DNA of 64,000 bases from Deltaproteobacteria bacterium (GTDB lineage Bacteria; Myxococcota_A; Polyangia; Fen-1088): the NCBI GenBank assembly GCA_033763315.1, contig JANRKS010000008.1:64001-128000 (forward strand), written 5' to 3'. Both the position numbers and the translations under genes were made by a program. This document shows, one piece after another, positions 39,172 to 50,893 of the stretch. Positions within the stretch are counted from its first letter, which is position 1; each line of letters opens with the position of its first letter. The notes below the pieces were generated by a model, which saw only the letters and a list, made by a program, of their open reading frames with translations, ran no database searches and was not told where the DNA came from.

Positions 39172-40116
39172 ATGGCAAGCCGCAAGCTGCGTAAAGGTTT
39201 GATGCTTGTGGCCGGCGCCGCCGTGGTGGGCGTTGTGTTGGTTGTGGCAGGCATCGTGTCGCGGCAGTTGTTCGAGCAGCCAAGAAAAACCAGCGGGCTC
39301 GTGGCGCCACGGCCGCGAAGCCTCGCCAAGCCACGCACAGACGACGATCGCTTTCGTGTTGCCGGTGTGCAGGGCACCGTTGAATTCTTGCAAGATCAAA
39401 AGCTTTACGTGCTGCAAGCCGGAGATCTGTTGTCGCTGTCAGACGTGATTCGCACCGGGCCAGGGGCACGTGTTTTGTTGCGCCGCAAAGGCAGCGAGCT
39501 TGAGGTGCGTGAGAACCTTGAGATTCAGCTGCAGTCCATCGCCGACAAACAAGCCGAATTCAGCATCCTGCGTGGCAGCGGCGATATGACAGCCACCGTA
39601 GAAGACAGCGAAGCCATCGTAAAGATTCGCTCGGATCAAACGCAGGCCACAAACCAAGGACCTTCGCGCTGGGTGGTGGCGCGCACAGAGGCGGGGCAAG
39701 TGGCGGTGGCCGTGAGCGCGGGCAGTGTTGAATTTGCAGGGCGCGGGCGCAGCGTGACGGTCAAAGCCGGAAGCGAAAGCGTGGCGCGCGCCAATGGAGC
39801 GCCCACCGATCCCGTGCAAACGCCTGAAGACCTGCTGTTGGACGTGGTGTGGCCAGAGACGACGGAAACGCTGCACACCACGAAGGTCGAAGGCAAGGCG
39901 GGCGCAACCACAAAGGTATTGATCAACGGCAAACGTGTCTTGGTGGACGCGGACGGGCGGTTTTCAGCCGACCTACCTTTGCAGGTGGGCCGCAACGCGG
40001 TGGACGTGGAAGCTCGCGATCTACAAGGCCGCACCAAGAAGGTGTCACAAACGATCACGCGCACACCGAAAGCCCCCGCGCTCGAATCTGCGAAAGAGGA
40101 TCTCTGGGCGCCATGA
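39172..40116 (+). CDS. Membrane-anchored FecR-like protein with C-terminal Ig-like domain
   Basis: N-terminal TM, GDLL..IRTGPGARV, VAVSAGSVEF..V.V.AG, Ig part VLING..V..DGRF..L..G.N.V.VEARD. Confidence 0.7.
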   Translation: MASRKLRKGLMLVAGAAVVGVVLVVAGIVSRQLFEQPRKTSGLVAPRPRSLAKPRTDDDRFRVAGVQGTVEFLQDQKLYVLQAGDLLSLSDVIRTGPGARVLLRRKGSELEVRENLEIQLQSIADKQAEFSILRGSGDMTATVEDSEAIVKIRSDQTQATNQGPSRWVVARTEAGQVAVAVSAGSVEFAGRGRSVTVKAGSESVARANGAPTDPVQTPEDLLLDVVWPETTETLHTTKVEGKAGATTKVLINGKRVLVDADGRFSADLPLQVGRNAVDVEARDLQGRTKKVSQTITRTPKAPALESAKEDLWAP

Positions 40117-41909
40117 GCTTGGGGTTGTCTGTCGCCGCGTGGGCGGGTCTATTGTGGCTCGCCTCGCCCACGGCAGCCGCGCCCCCTCCCGATCCGTCGC
40201 CCCTGGTGGCCACCGCGCCCGCCGCTCACAACATCGATTTGGGCCTGGTTCTATCGTTGGGGCAACCGAGCTTGGTGCTGGGCGTGGATCAGGACGTGAT
40301 GGTGCACGTGTCGCTGCCACCGGACGCGCCCGGACAGCTTGGTAACGTTTCGCTGAAAACCAGCGCCGGTGAGATCATTGATCTTGCGCGCGACAGTGAA
40401 CGTTCGATGAGCGCGCGCTGGGTGCTGCCCGCGCGGCGGTTTCCCCAAGGGGCGATCCTCATCGCCAGCACGGATGATGCGAAGCTGGGTGCACTGTGTG
40501 TGCCTTTGCCTGCGGTGGCCGCACCGGCTTTTCACACGGATCCCGGCGCAGAGGTGACGCTCACGGTGGCGGGGCGTGTGTTTGGACCAAAACGCGCCAA
40601 CGCGCAGGGGGAAGTGCGCGTTCCTGTGGTGGTGCCGCCAGGCGCCGCGATCGCGATTGCCACATCCAAGAACGAACACGGCAAAACCGCCGAAGAAACG
40701 ATCGATCTGGGGCACCCACCGTTTTCGCGGGTGATGATCTGGGCGCCGCCCACAGCCGTATCTGGCATGCCCGTGCAAACATGGGTGTTCGGACTTGACC
40801 AGGCCGCGCGGCCCTTGTCTTACGGGACGCTCAGCGTACGGTCGCATGCACGAACCGAAGCAAACACCCTCACTTCAGCGCGATGGGCGCAACCGTTGGA
40901 CGGCGGCGACGGGTGGTCCCGCTTTTTGCTTGCACCACCCGCTTCGCCTCCGAACAGCAAAGTCATCGTGCAGGCGTTCGATGCGCCCGCCGCGCGCGTA
41001 GACAAGGGCCAACCAGAAGAGCAGCCACCACGCAGCCAAACCGAGATCACGGTTTTGGCGGGTCCCGCCGCGCGCTATGTGATGATCCCGAACCGCTCTC
41101 ACATCACGGTGGGCACGGCGCAAACGTTGACAGTTGTGGTGCGGGCCGAAGACGCGTTTGGGAACCCCACCAGCGCGCGCGGTGTCCAGCTCTACATCGA
41201 CGGTGAACGCGCCAACAACGTAACCCCGCTGGATGGCCCTGTGCGCTTGGTTGTGCCGGCGCCACGCAACGCCGTGAGGCCGTCTCGGCTGCGCATCGAG
41301 GCCATTGGCAAAGGTGCCTACGCTTTTCACGAGGTGGTTGTGGATGGCGTGACTGCGCCGGTGACGCCGGTGCGAACACAAGCGCGCGTGCCTCTGCATG
41401 GGGCGGTCTTGCTGCGCTCCGGCGCCGTATGGAGCCGCGAGGCGGGCACGGGGTTCGCTGCGTGGCTCGATGGTGCCTTCGCATTACACCGAATCCGAGG
41501 CTGGCCCCCCACCCTGTTCATCACAGGCACCGTGGGCTACCTCGGTCGATCAAAAATTTTGGCGTCAAACGAAAGCGTGTCGCGGCTGGCACTGCACGCC
41601 GCTCCCGCTCTTGTGGGTGTGGCGTGGCATCTGCAACCTTGGCGGGGCGTAGACGCTTCGTTGGGATTGGCGGCCGGCGGCGCTCGCTTGGCCCTGCAGA
41701 CCGAAACGCTGGGCGCGGTGACCTCGGGGAGCGCTTGGGTGCCCGCGCTTCGCTTATGCAGTGAGTTGGCGATGGGCACACGAGCGTATCAATTGGCCGT
41801 GGGTGTAAGTTACGCTCAGATCCCCGGCACGCAGCTCTCTTCGCGGGACATTGTGCGCGGGAATTTGGGTGGTTTGGAATTGGGAATCGGGGCTCGATAC
41901 CACTGGTAA
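40113..41909 (+). CDS. Large exported protein, Ig-like domains plus probable C-terminal beta-barrel
   Basis: Signal peptide, VRAEDAFGNP Ig motif, terminal GLELGIGARYHW. ATGA-coupled. Confidence 0.6.
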   Translation: MSLGLSVAAWAGLLWLASPTAAAPPPDPSPLVATAPAAHNIDLGLVLSLGQPSLVLGVDQDVMVHVSLPPDAPGQLGNVSLKTSAGEIIDLARDSERSMSARWVLPARRFPQGAILIASTDDAKLGALCVPLPAVAAPAFHTDPGAEVTLTVAGRVFGPKRANAQGEVRVPVVVPPGAAIAIATSKNEHGKTAEETIDLGHPPFSRVMIWAPPTAVSGMPVQTWVFGLDQAARPLSYGTLSVRSHARTEANTLTSARWAQPLDGGDGWSRFLLAPPASPPNSKVIVQAFDAPAARVDKGQPEEQPPRSQTEITVLAGPAARYVMIPNRSHITVGTAQTLTVVVRAEDAFGNPTSARGVQLYIDGERANNVTPLDGPVRLVVPAPRNAVRPSRLRIEAIGKGAYAFHEVVVDGVTAPVTPVRTQARVPLHGAVLLRSGAVWSREAGTGFAAWLDGAFALHRIRGWPPTLFITGTVGYLGRSKILASNESVSRLALHAAPALVGVAWHLQPWRGVDASLGLAAGGARLALQTETLGAVTSGSAWVPALRLCSELAMGTRAYQLAVGVSYAQIPGTQLSSRDIVRGNLGGLELGIGARYHW

Positions 41910-41946
41910 TTTGGCCGCAGAAACGTGCGACAATCATCAAAACGCC

Positions 41947-42780
41947 ATGGAAGACATCGCCGGCCCCTGGGACAGCTTCACCGCTCATCTTCCCATCACC
42001 CCCAACACGCCAGTGGTTGTGTCGGTGCCTCACGCCGGCACCAGCACGCGGGGGTTTGAGGATGCCTTGGCAAGCAACTTGGACGTGCGTTGCGATGCCG
42101 ATCTGTGGGTCGATGAACTCTATGAAGGATCGCCCGCCGGTGCGTTCATAAAAGCGAATTTGTCGCGCTTCGTTTGCGATCTCAACCGCCACCCTGACGA
42201 CGTATCGGCCCACGCCGTGCCAGAGCACCCTGCCCCTCGCAATAGCCATGGCCGCGGCTTTATTTGGGAGATCACAACGGAAGGCAAGGCCGCCATGGCG
42301 CGCCCCTTGAGCTTGCAAGAGTGGAAGCGGCGCCAGGAAATCCACGCCGCTTACTACGGTGCCTTGGCCACCGCGTTGGACAGAGCGCGATCTAAGTTTG
42401 GTTTTGCGGTGTTGGTGGATGGCCATTCGATGCCCTCTCGGGGCAAAGCGGCCCACACCGACCCTGGCACCGAGCGCGCCGCAATCGTTCCTGGAGATAG
42501 ACAGGGCAAAACCTGCGCGGCCGCCTTGTCCCGCTTGGTGCAAGATCACTTCTTGCAAAGCGGTTATGGCGTAAAATTCAACGATCCGTATCAAGGCGGT
42601 TTTATCACCACGCACCATGGCCATCCCCACGAGCAGGTGCACGCGATTCAGATCGAGATGCGACGGGATCTTTATATGAACGAGCTCACGTTCGAGAAGC
42701 AGGCCGCGGGTTTCGATCGATTGCGCTTTTCCCTAGAGGCGTTGCTACGCACGCTAGACCAGTTTGATCCACGCAGCTAA
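41947..42780 (+). CDS. N-formylglutamate amidohydrolase family protein
   Basis: VSVPHAG, DLWVDELY, SRFVCDLNR, DGHSMPS, N.PY.GGFIT..HG, HAIQIEM.R.LYM. Confidence 0.88.
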   Translation: MEDIAGPWDSFTAHLPITPNTPVVVSVPHAGTSTRGFEDALASNLDVRCDADLWVDELYEGSPAGAFIKANLSRFVCDLNRHPDDVSAHAVPEHPAPRNSHGRGFIWEITTEGKAAMARPLSLQEWKRRQEIHAAYYGALATALDRARSKFGFAVLVDGHSMPSRGKAAHTDPGTERAAIVPGDRQGKTCAAALSRLVQDHFLQSGYGVKFNDPYQGGFITTHHGHPHEQVHAIQIEMRRDLYMNELTFEKQAAGFDRLRFSLEALLRTLDQFDPRS

Positions 42781-42795
42781 GCGAGCGACTGACAA

Positions 42796-44043
42796 ATGAA
42801 CAAGCCCCAGCAACCGCCACGCGAGCAAGAAGTCAGCTCTCCCCAAAGGGTGGAAAGGCTTGAACGCGCGCTCTACGAAAGCGAAGCGCGTTACAGGATG
42901 ATCGTTGAGGCGTCCGTCGAAGGCGTTTGGACGGTCGATGCGGAGGGCGTCACAACGTTCGTAAACCAGAGCATGGCCGACATGCTTGGCTACGAACGAC
43001 ACGAGATGTTGGGCAAGGGGATGTTCGCGTTCATGGACGAAGTGGCCCAGGCCGAAGCCCAACTAAGAATGGCGCGGCGGCGGCAAGGCGAACGCGAACG
43101 ACACACGTTTCGCTTGCGCCACAAGAACGGCCGCGATGTGTATACGGTCATGGCGAGCACGCCCTTGCATGATGCACAGGGGACGTTCATCGGCGCCCTG
43201 GCGATGGTCACTGATGAAACATCGCGGCGCAGGGACGCCGATGAACAAGAACAACGTGAACTTGAACTTGTGCGTTTGGACAAGCTCATGTCATTGACCG
43301 CTTTGGTGGGCGGCGTGATACACGAGATCAACAACCCGAACCACTTCATCACGTTAAATGTGCCGCTGCTGCGCCGGGCTTTCACGGACGCGGTGTCGAT
43401 GCTGGACGAGCGTTATCAAGACCACCCGCACATGACGCTTTCTGGCCTGCCCTACCTGGAAATGCGGCATGAACTGCCGCGAATGTTGGATCAGATCCTC
43501 ACAGGCGCCGACCGCATTCGCCACATCGTGGGTGAATTGCGCGCTTACGTGAACAACGACATGCCCGGGCCCTTGCGGCCTGTAAACATTAACGATGTGG
43601 TGGCATCGGCCATGACTTTGCTTGAGGGGCGCGTTCGTCGCGGCACCGATCGCTTTTCGCAGCAGCTGGGCCAAGGCTTGCCGCTGATCTTGGCCGACAG
43701 CCGCCGCCTTGTTCAGGTGGTGGTGAATCTGGTGCTCAACGCCTTGGAGGCCATCACCGACCGCACCCAGAGCGTGAAAGTGCAAACCGCCACCACAGCC
43801 GATCGCAAGCAGGTGTTGCTGATCGTGAGCGACGCGGGACCTGGCATGACCGAGGACGTCCTCGCCAAAGCGAAAGCGCCGTTTTTTTCCACCAAACGCA
43901 CCACGGGCGGTGCGGGTTTGGGGCTGCCAGTGGCAGAACGCATTTTGGCCGAGGCCCGCGGGCGCCTTGAGCTTGTGTCGCAGCCTGGCCAAGGAACGTT
44001 GGCGAAGGTGATGTTGCCCGCGCTCGAAGTTCAAACGCCTTGA
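42796..44043 (+). CDS. PAS-domain sensor histidine kinase
   Basis: PAS (ASVEGVW..FVN), HEINNPNHFI, QVVVNLVLNA, DAGPGM, PFFSTK, GAGLGL. Confidence 0.9.
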   Translation: MNKPQQPPREQEVSSPQRVERLERALYESEARYRMIVEASVEGVWTVDAEGVTTFVNQSMADMLGYERHEMLGKGMFAFMDEVAQAEAQLRMARRRQGERERHTFRLRHKNGRDVYTVMASTPLHDAQGTFIGALAMVTDETSRRRDADEQEQRELELVRLDKLMSLTALVGGVIHEINNPNHFITLNVPLLRRAFTDAVSMLDERYQDHPHMTLSGLPYLEMRHELPRMLDQILTGADRIRHIVGELRAYVNNDMPGPLRPVNINDVVASAMTLLEGRVRRGTDRFSQQLGQGLPLILADSRRLVQVVVNLVLNALEAITDRTQSVKVQTATTADRKQVLLIVSDAGPGMTEDVLAKAKAPFFSTKRTTGGAGLGLPVAERILAEARGRLELVSQPGQGTLAKVMLPALEVQTP

Positions 44044-45524
44044 TAGCGCAGCGCCAAGATGGTGATGTCATCGTCTTGCACGGGCGCCCATTCGATGCAC
44101 GCCTGCACAACTTTTTGCACCACCACATCTGGCGCTTCGTTGCCGTTGGCCTCCACCATCTCAATGACGCGGTCGAGCCCGAATTGTTTACCTTCGGCTG
44201 TTTGAGCCTCGATGAGCCCATCGGTGTAGAGCACCATGAGATCACCACGTTCCAGCTTTAAGGTGGAATCGATGATGGCGCGGCTCACGTTGGCCACAGC
44301 GCCCATCCATGTGCCCGGTGTGGGAATGACTTCGCACTTCTTATCGCGGGCACGCCAAACCAGAATCTCCTCGTGCGCGCCTGCAAACACGATGTTGCCG
44401 TCAGACTCGTAACGCATAAGCGTGAAGGTGACGTGTTCGTCGCTGCCCAAGCGCTCGCGGATGTTGTCAAACAACACGCGGTTAAGAATCTCGATGGCTT
44501 CTTTGGGGCTCATGCGCGCGCGTTGGCGAGTTAAAGCAGCCACCACGCTTTGCACCATCAACATGATCAGACCGGCTTTGAGACCGTGGCCCGCCACGTC
44601 GCCCACGCCAATCCAGGCGCCCCCCTGCGTGGGCACCACATCGTAATAATCACCACCCACTTCCTCGGCAGGCACCATAGCGGCCGAGATCTGCATGCCA
44701 TCCACCGACAACCGCTGCGGCAAAATGGACGTTTGGATGCGCTTGGCGATCTCCAACTCGCGCGCCGTGCGCAAAGCGCGGTGGGTGAGGCTGATGATCG
44801 GGCCCAAGTAGAAATTCACGAAGAAGAGGCTCAACAGCAACGCGGCCACGCAGCCAAGGCCGGCGGCGCCCAATATGTTGTTGCGCAGGTTTTCACCCGC
44901 CACCAACTTCGCGGTGGAGATGACAAGCGCCAGATTGCCCACCACGCGGCCTTCGATCTGCGACTGCGCCCACGACACCAGGTAACCGTCGCCTTGCCGG
45001 ATGTCCCCCGCGGCGCCCGCAAACAACATGGGCACAGGCTCGGGCGCTTTGCCGTGCACCGACAGCACTTTGTTGTCCGCATCGGTCACCACGATGGCAA
45101 CCACGTCGGGCCCCTGAATGTACGGAGCGCACGCCGTTTTGATCAGGGCCTCATCGGCCACAACCACGGCGAAGTCGACGGCTTGTGCCAGCTCCTTTGC
45201 ACCGCGGCGGGTCTTCCACTCAAGCTCGGCGCGCATTGATGGCGTCAGCTCCGCGAAGATGCGCGACACCAGCAAAAAGATGAGCCCCGACAGTGCCACC
45301 AAAAGCACCGTAATGAACAGCGTCAGCGTGACCTTTAAGCGCAGGCCCGATAGGAGCCGTAACGTCTTGGGATCCTTGCCGTGAGGCGCGGCGGCATTCG
45401 GCGCTGAAGGAGTGCTGGCAGGCACAGGCGAGCCGAATCTGACGGCTGGCATGTCCGTGGTCATAAAGCCCGGACGAGGCGCCGCCCCCTGCTTGGTCCC
45501 ATTCACGTTCGGTTCCCCTGCCAA
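44031..45524 (-). CDS. Membrane PP2C/SpoIIE Ser/Thr phosphatase with periplasmic sensor (SiaA/RsbU-like)
   Basis: Two TMs flanking a sensor domain, ELEIAKRIQ.SILP, VGGDYYD, GDVAGHG, YTDGLIEA, DDITIL. Confidence 0.9.
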   Translation of the reverse strand: MAGEPNVNGTKQGAAPRPGFMTTDMPAVRFGSPVPASTPSAPNAAAPHGKDPKTLRLLSGLRLKVTLTLFITVLLVALSGLIFLLVSRIFAELTPSMRAELEWKTRRGAKELAQAVDFAVVVADEALIKTACAPYIQGPDVVAIVVTDADNKVLSVHGKAPEPVPMLFAGAAGDIRQGDGYLVSWAQSQIEGRVVGNLALVISTAKLVAGENLRNNILGAAGLGCVAALLLSLFFVNFYLGPIISLTHRALRTARELEIAKRIQTSILPQRLSVDGMQISAAMVPAEEVGGDYYDVVPTQGGAWIGVGDVAGHGLKAGLIMLMVQSVVAALTRQRARMSPKEAIEILNRVLFDNIRERLGSDEHVTFTLMRYESDGNIVFAGAHEEILVWRARDKKCEVIPTPGTWMGAVANVSRAIIDSTLKLERGDLMVLYTDGLIEAQTAEGKQFGLDRVIEMVEANGNEAPDVVVQKVVQACIEWAPVQDDDITILALRYQGV

Positions 45525-45667
45525 GTGTCCTCACGAAAGGCTTCGGCGTTTGCGCGGCGAGCTTGAGCCATCTTAACGAATGACGAAACAAACACAATGC
45601 GTCAAATAACTATTCGCAACACGGGATGAAAGTTTTCGACGCGGCCGCCGATGCTTGAATCCTGAAC

Positions 45668-46159
45668 ATGGCGGAAGAGGGACTAAGCCTCGAGCTGACG
45701 CTAGACACGGATCCTAGGATCGTGTCGATCACGCGAAGGTTCGTGGAGCAGGCGATGGAAAAGCTGGTGGACGACGCCGACGCCGTCTTCCGCGTGGCCA
45801 TGGCTGCGCACGAGCTGCTGGAAAACGCCGCCAAGTACGCCGAAAATCGCCAAGCCTCATTGGCGTTGCGGCTTGAACCGAACCTCACCGGCGGCCGCCA
45901 AGCTGTCTTGACAATGATGAACCAAACGAGCGCCGCTCACATCGAGCGTCTTCGCCAGAACTTCGCCGAGATGAACACGCGCGATGACCCCTACGATTAC
46001 TACTTTGAGCTCATGCGCCGCAATCCGGGCGACACTTCGAGCTCAGGGTTGGGCTTGGCGCGCATCCGCGCGGAGGGTGAAATGAAGTTGGCATTCGATA
46101 CCGTCGGGACGCAGGTCTTCATACGAGCAACGGCGGACATTCCCGAAAGGAGGGCATGA
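45668..46159 (+). CDS. HATPase-fold Ser/Thr kinase (RsbW/SiaB-like)
   Basis: AAHELLENAAKYA N-box and SGLGLARIR. No His-phosphotransfer domain. Confidence 0.75.
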   Translation: MAEEGLSLELTLDTDPRIVSITRRFVEQAMEKLVDDADAVFRVAMAAHELLENAAKYAENRQASLALRLEPNLTGGRQAVLTMMNQTSAAHIERLRQNFAEMNTRDDPYDYYFELMRRNPGDTSSSGLGLARIRAEGEMKLAFDTVGTQVFIRATADIPERRA

Positions 46160-46539
46160 TGGGCCAAGCCGAGATTCCAGCCATCCGGGAGAATGACTTC
46201 TCCGCCAGCGCACGCGTCGACGGGGGCAAGGTGCAAACCACCCTCACGGGCAACGCCGACCTCAATGTGAAGTCGCAGCTCGATGGCTTCTTGCTTTCGT
46301 TGCACCAGCACGCGCTCACCGACTCAGTCAGCGAGGTTGTGGTGGATGTGCGCAACCTTGAGTTCATCAACTCGTCCTGCCTCAAAGCGTTTGTGACTTG
46401 GATCAGTTCAGTACAAGCGCAGCCCTCTGACGATCAATACCGCATCGTTTTTCTTTCAAGCCCCCGCCTCCATTGGCAGCGCCGCAGCTTGCACGCGCTG
46501 TCGTGTTTCGCAAACGACCTTGTCAGCATTCAGACGTGA
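46156..46539 (+). CDS. STAS-fold phosphoacceptor (SiaC/anti-anti-sigma-like)
   Basis: VVVDVRNLEFINSSCLKAF matches the STAS phospho-Ser loop. ATGA overlap. Confidence 0.75.
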   Translation: MMGQAEIPAIRENDFSASARVDGGKVQTTLTGNADLNVKSQLDGFLLSLHQHALTDSVSEVVVDVRNLEFINSSCLKAFVTWISSVQAQPSDDQYRIVFLSSPRLHWQRRSLHALSCFANDLVSIQT

Positions 46540-47456
46540 AAGCCGAAGCCAAAGACATCGCCCCTCTAGAGTTCGAACGCTCTAGCTCACCCGCGTGGCG
46601 TGCCGCCCTGCCGTTTTTGGACATGGTGGCAAACAGCCTGGAATCGGGGGTGTTGGTCATTGATGCGTCCCGCAAGATTGTTTTGTGCAGTGGGCCCATG
46701 GCAGCCACGTTCGGCTTGCCGGTGGAAGACGTGTTGGCCATGACACCTGAGGCTTTGATGGATTTCGTCACGGGTTTGGTGGACGATCCGCCGCCGGTGA
46801 TTCGGGACGGGCGCCTGCTGCCGTTCGAAAGCCGCATCACGTGCGAAGAGTTTGAGTTGTCGCGCCCCAATCGATCAGTGGTGCGTTGGGTGGCACGGCG
46901 GGTTTCCGAACCCGAAGAGTCCATCATAGTCGTCTGCACGGACATTACCGCCGAAGTGGATTTGGTGGCTGCATACGAGCGCCTGTCGATGACGGACCGG
47001 CTCACGGGCCTGTCGAACCGCCGCGGCGCTGAACAGTTTGTGCGCCGCGAGTCGTCCAAGTTTAAGCGCTATGGCGGCAACATGAGCGTGGTGATCATGG
47101 ACGTGGATCACTTCAAAGCTGTCAACGATACCTATGGTCACAACGTGGGCGATCAAGTGCTGCGCGCCGTTGGCGCCACCATTGCCGATGTGATTCGTGT
47201 GTGCGACTTTGCGGCCCGTTGGGGCGGCGAAGAGTTTTTGGTCGTGCTACCCAACACCAACCTCGAAGGCGGGAGGCTGTGTGCCGAGCGTTTGCGGCAG
47301 GCCGTTGAACACATCGTGTTCCCCGGCGGCTTGGCCGTGACCATATCGGCCGGTGTGGCGGAGATGGGGCGTTCCGAAGATCCGATGGTCCTGATTGGCC
47401 GCGCTGACGAATTGCTTTACAAGGCCAAACACGAAGGCCGCAATTGCGTGCGGTGA
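46536..47456 (+). CDS. PAS-GGDEF diguanylate cyclase
   Basis: TDRLTGLSNRR, DVDHFKAVNDTYGH..GD, RxxD I-site (RVCD) and RWGGEEF. GTGA overlap. Confidence 0.92.
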   Translation: MKAEAKDIAPLEFERSSSPAWRAALPFLDMVANSLESGVLVIDASRKIVLCSGPMAATFGLPVEDVLAMTPEALMDFVTGLVDDPPPVIRDGRLLPFESRITCEEFELSRPNRSVVRWVARRVSEPEESIIVVCTDITAEVDLVAAYERLSMTDRLTGLSNRRGAEQFVRRESSKFKRYGGNMSVVIMDVDHFKAVNDTYGHNVGDQVLRAVGATIADVIRVCDFAARWGGEEFLVVLPNTNLEGGRLCAERLRQAVEHIVFPGGLAVTISAGVAEMGRSEDPMVLIGRADELLYKAKHEGRNCVR

Positions 47457-47478
47457 GGCGCCTGGCCTATCCTCGCTC

Positions 47479-48261
47479 TTACGCTTCCCTTTTTTCCGCC
47501 GCGGACCGCTGCCGCGCCGCCTCGTAAAGCAGGATCGCCGCTGCCGCCGAAGCGTTGAGCGACGCGATCTTTCCAGCCATGGGGATGCGCAACACGCCGT
47601 CGCAACGCCGCGCCACGGCTTCGCGCAGGCCGCGGCCTTCTGAGCCAATAACGAAGGCGGTTGGCACCGTGAGATCGGCCTCCCACACATCGGTGCCTTC
47701 GTCGACGCCCGTGCCCCACACTTTCACGCCGCTTTCGCGCAGCTTATCGATGCTGCCCAAGAAGTTGTGAACGCGCGCTATGCTGACGCGCTCGGTGGCG
47801 CCGGCCGACGCCTTGATCGCGCCCGCCGTGATCGGCGCGGCCTTGTGATCCGGAATCGCCACGCCGTGCGCACCAAACACTTCCGCGCTGCGCACGATGG
47901 CACCCACGTTCTGTGGATCCGTTAAGCCATCCAGCATCACCAGCAAAGCAGGTTGGTTGGCCGCAGCCGCTGCTTCCAGCATCGTAGGCACATGCACGTA
48001 TTTGTACGCGCCGGCGATGGCCACGATGCCTTGGTGTCCGCTGCTGCCAGCAAGATCGGCCACCAATTGGCGCGGGCGCCATTCCACAGCGATGCCACGA
48101 TCTTTGGCCACGGTAAGCACCGCTTGCACTTCAGGCGAGCGTTGACCTTCAGCCACATAAACCACCGACACGTCGCGAGGGCGCGCGCGGCACAACTCTT
48201 CTACAGGGCGCAGGCCAAAAACCACACGGCCATCATCCACGCCACCTTCAACGTCGTTCAC
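47479..48261 (-). CDS. rlmB: 23S rRNA (Gm2251) methyltransferase RlmB (SpoU family)
   Basis: HQGIVA, LDGLTDPQNVGAIVRSA, KASAGA, GSEGRGLR, IPM.G.IASLNAS. Confidence 0.92.
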   Translation of the reverse strand: MNDVEGGVDDGRVVFGLRPVEELCRARPRDVSVVYVAEGQRSPEVQAVLTVAKDRGIAVEWRPRQLVADLAGSSGHQGIVAIAGAYKYVHVPTMLEAAAAANQPALLVMLDGLTDPQNVGAIVRSAEVFGAHGVAIPDHKAAPITAGAIKASAGATERVSIARVHNFLGSIDKLRESGVKVWGTGVDEGTDVWEADLTVPTAFVIGSEGRGLREAVARRCDGVLRIPMAGKIASLNASAAAAILLYEAARQRSAAEKREA

Positions 48262-48976
48262 TTTGTTGCTCCTAAGGCGCCATCAATCTCAGCGGCCAAG
48301 GCAGCAAACGCTGCGGCCGGTTGGGCAGCGTCGCGCAGGGGGCGCCCCACCACCAAATAATCAGCACCCGCCGCGATGGCTTCGGCTGGCGTGCCCACAC
48401 GTTTCTGATCGCCCAAGGCGGCCCCCGCGGGGCGAATGCCTGGAACCACTAGCAGCAAATCGTTGTCAAAACCGCGCACGGTGGCCACCTCTTGCGGTGA
48501 ACACACCAAGCCTGCGCCGCCCGCCTCGCGCAACACGCGCGCCCGACGAGCCACCACGTCCGCAACAGATCCCGTCAAACCATCGGCTTGCAGATCGGAT
48601 TGTTGCAAGCTTGTAAGCACGGTAACGCCCAAGATCTTCATCTGGCCTTCCGTGGCTTCAACGGCACGCTTGATCATCTCGTGGCCGCCGCTGGCATGAA
48701 CCGTCAGCAACTCAACGCCGAGGCGACGCACAGACGCCACCGCGCGAGCCACCGTTTCAGAGATGTCGTGTAGCTTCAGATCTAAGAAAACGCGGCCGTT
48801 GCGGCGCTTTACAGCTTCAATGGCCCTCGCACCTTCGGCCAAGAACAGCTCAAGCCCCACTTTGTACCACCGTGGCTGTGCTTCCAAGCGATCGAGAAAC
48901 GTTTCAAGCTGTGCAAGATCGGGCACGTCCAGCGCCACGATCACGCGCTCGCGGCCGGGCGCCGATAATCGTGCGT

Positions 48977-48980
<4 letters not shown>
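48258..48980 (-). CDS. pyrF: Orotidine-5'-phosphate decarboxylase
   Basis: VALDV, KVGLEL, FLDLKLHDI..TV, VTVLTS, PGIRP, DQKR, VVGRP. Confidence 0.95.
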
Positions 48981-50698
<1,718 letters not shown>

Positions 50699-50893
50699 GG
50701 GGCCGGGTCATATCACGGCCGCAGGCGCTTGGGGCGGCCATGCCGGGCCTTATCCCTGGCAAAGTTTGCAAAAGCGCAACCAAGACGTCATCCATCCGAA
50801 ACAGCCCTTGCCGCATACTCAGAAGGCATAGGGGCTGGTCGATAACCAGGCCCCGTGCAGGAAACAACGAAATTAGAGACGGAGGGAGGGGCT

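Noticed and set aside
45581-45604. TGACG-N14-CGTCA inverted repeat in the divergent promoter region
   Set aside because: Only 5-bp arms in a single copy, which cannot be distinguished from chance.
50757-50770. TGGC..TTGCA as a sigma54 promoter
   Set aside because: The GG-to-GC spacing is 8 nt instead of the required 10.
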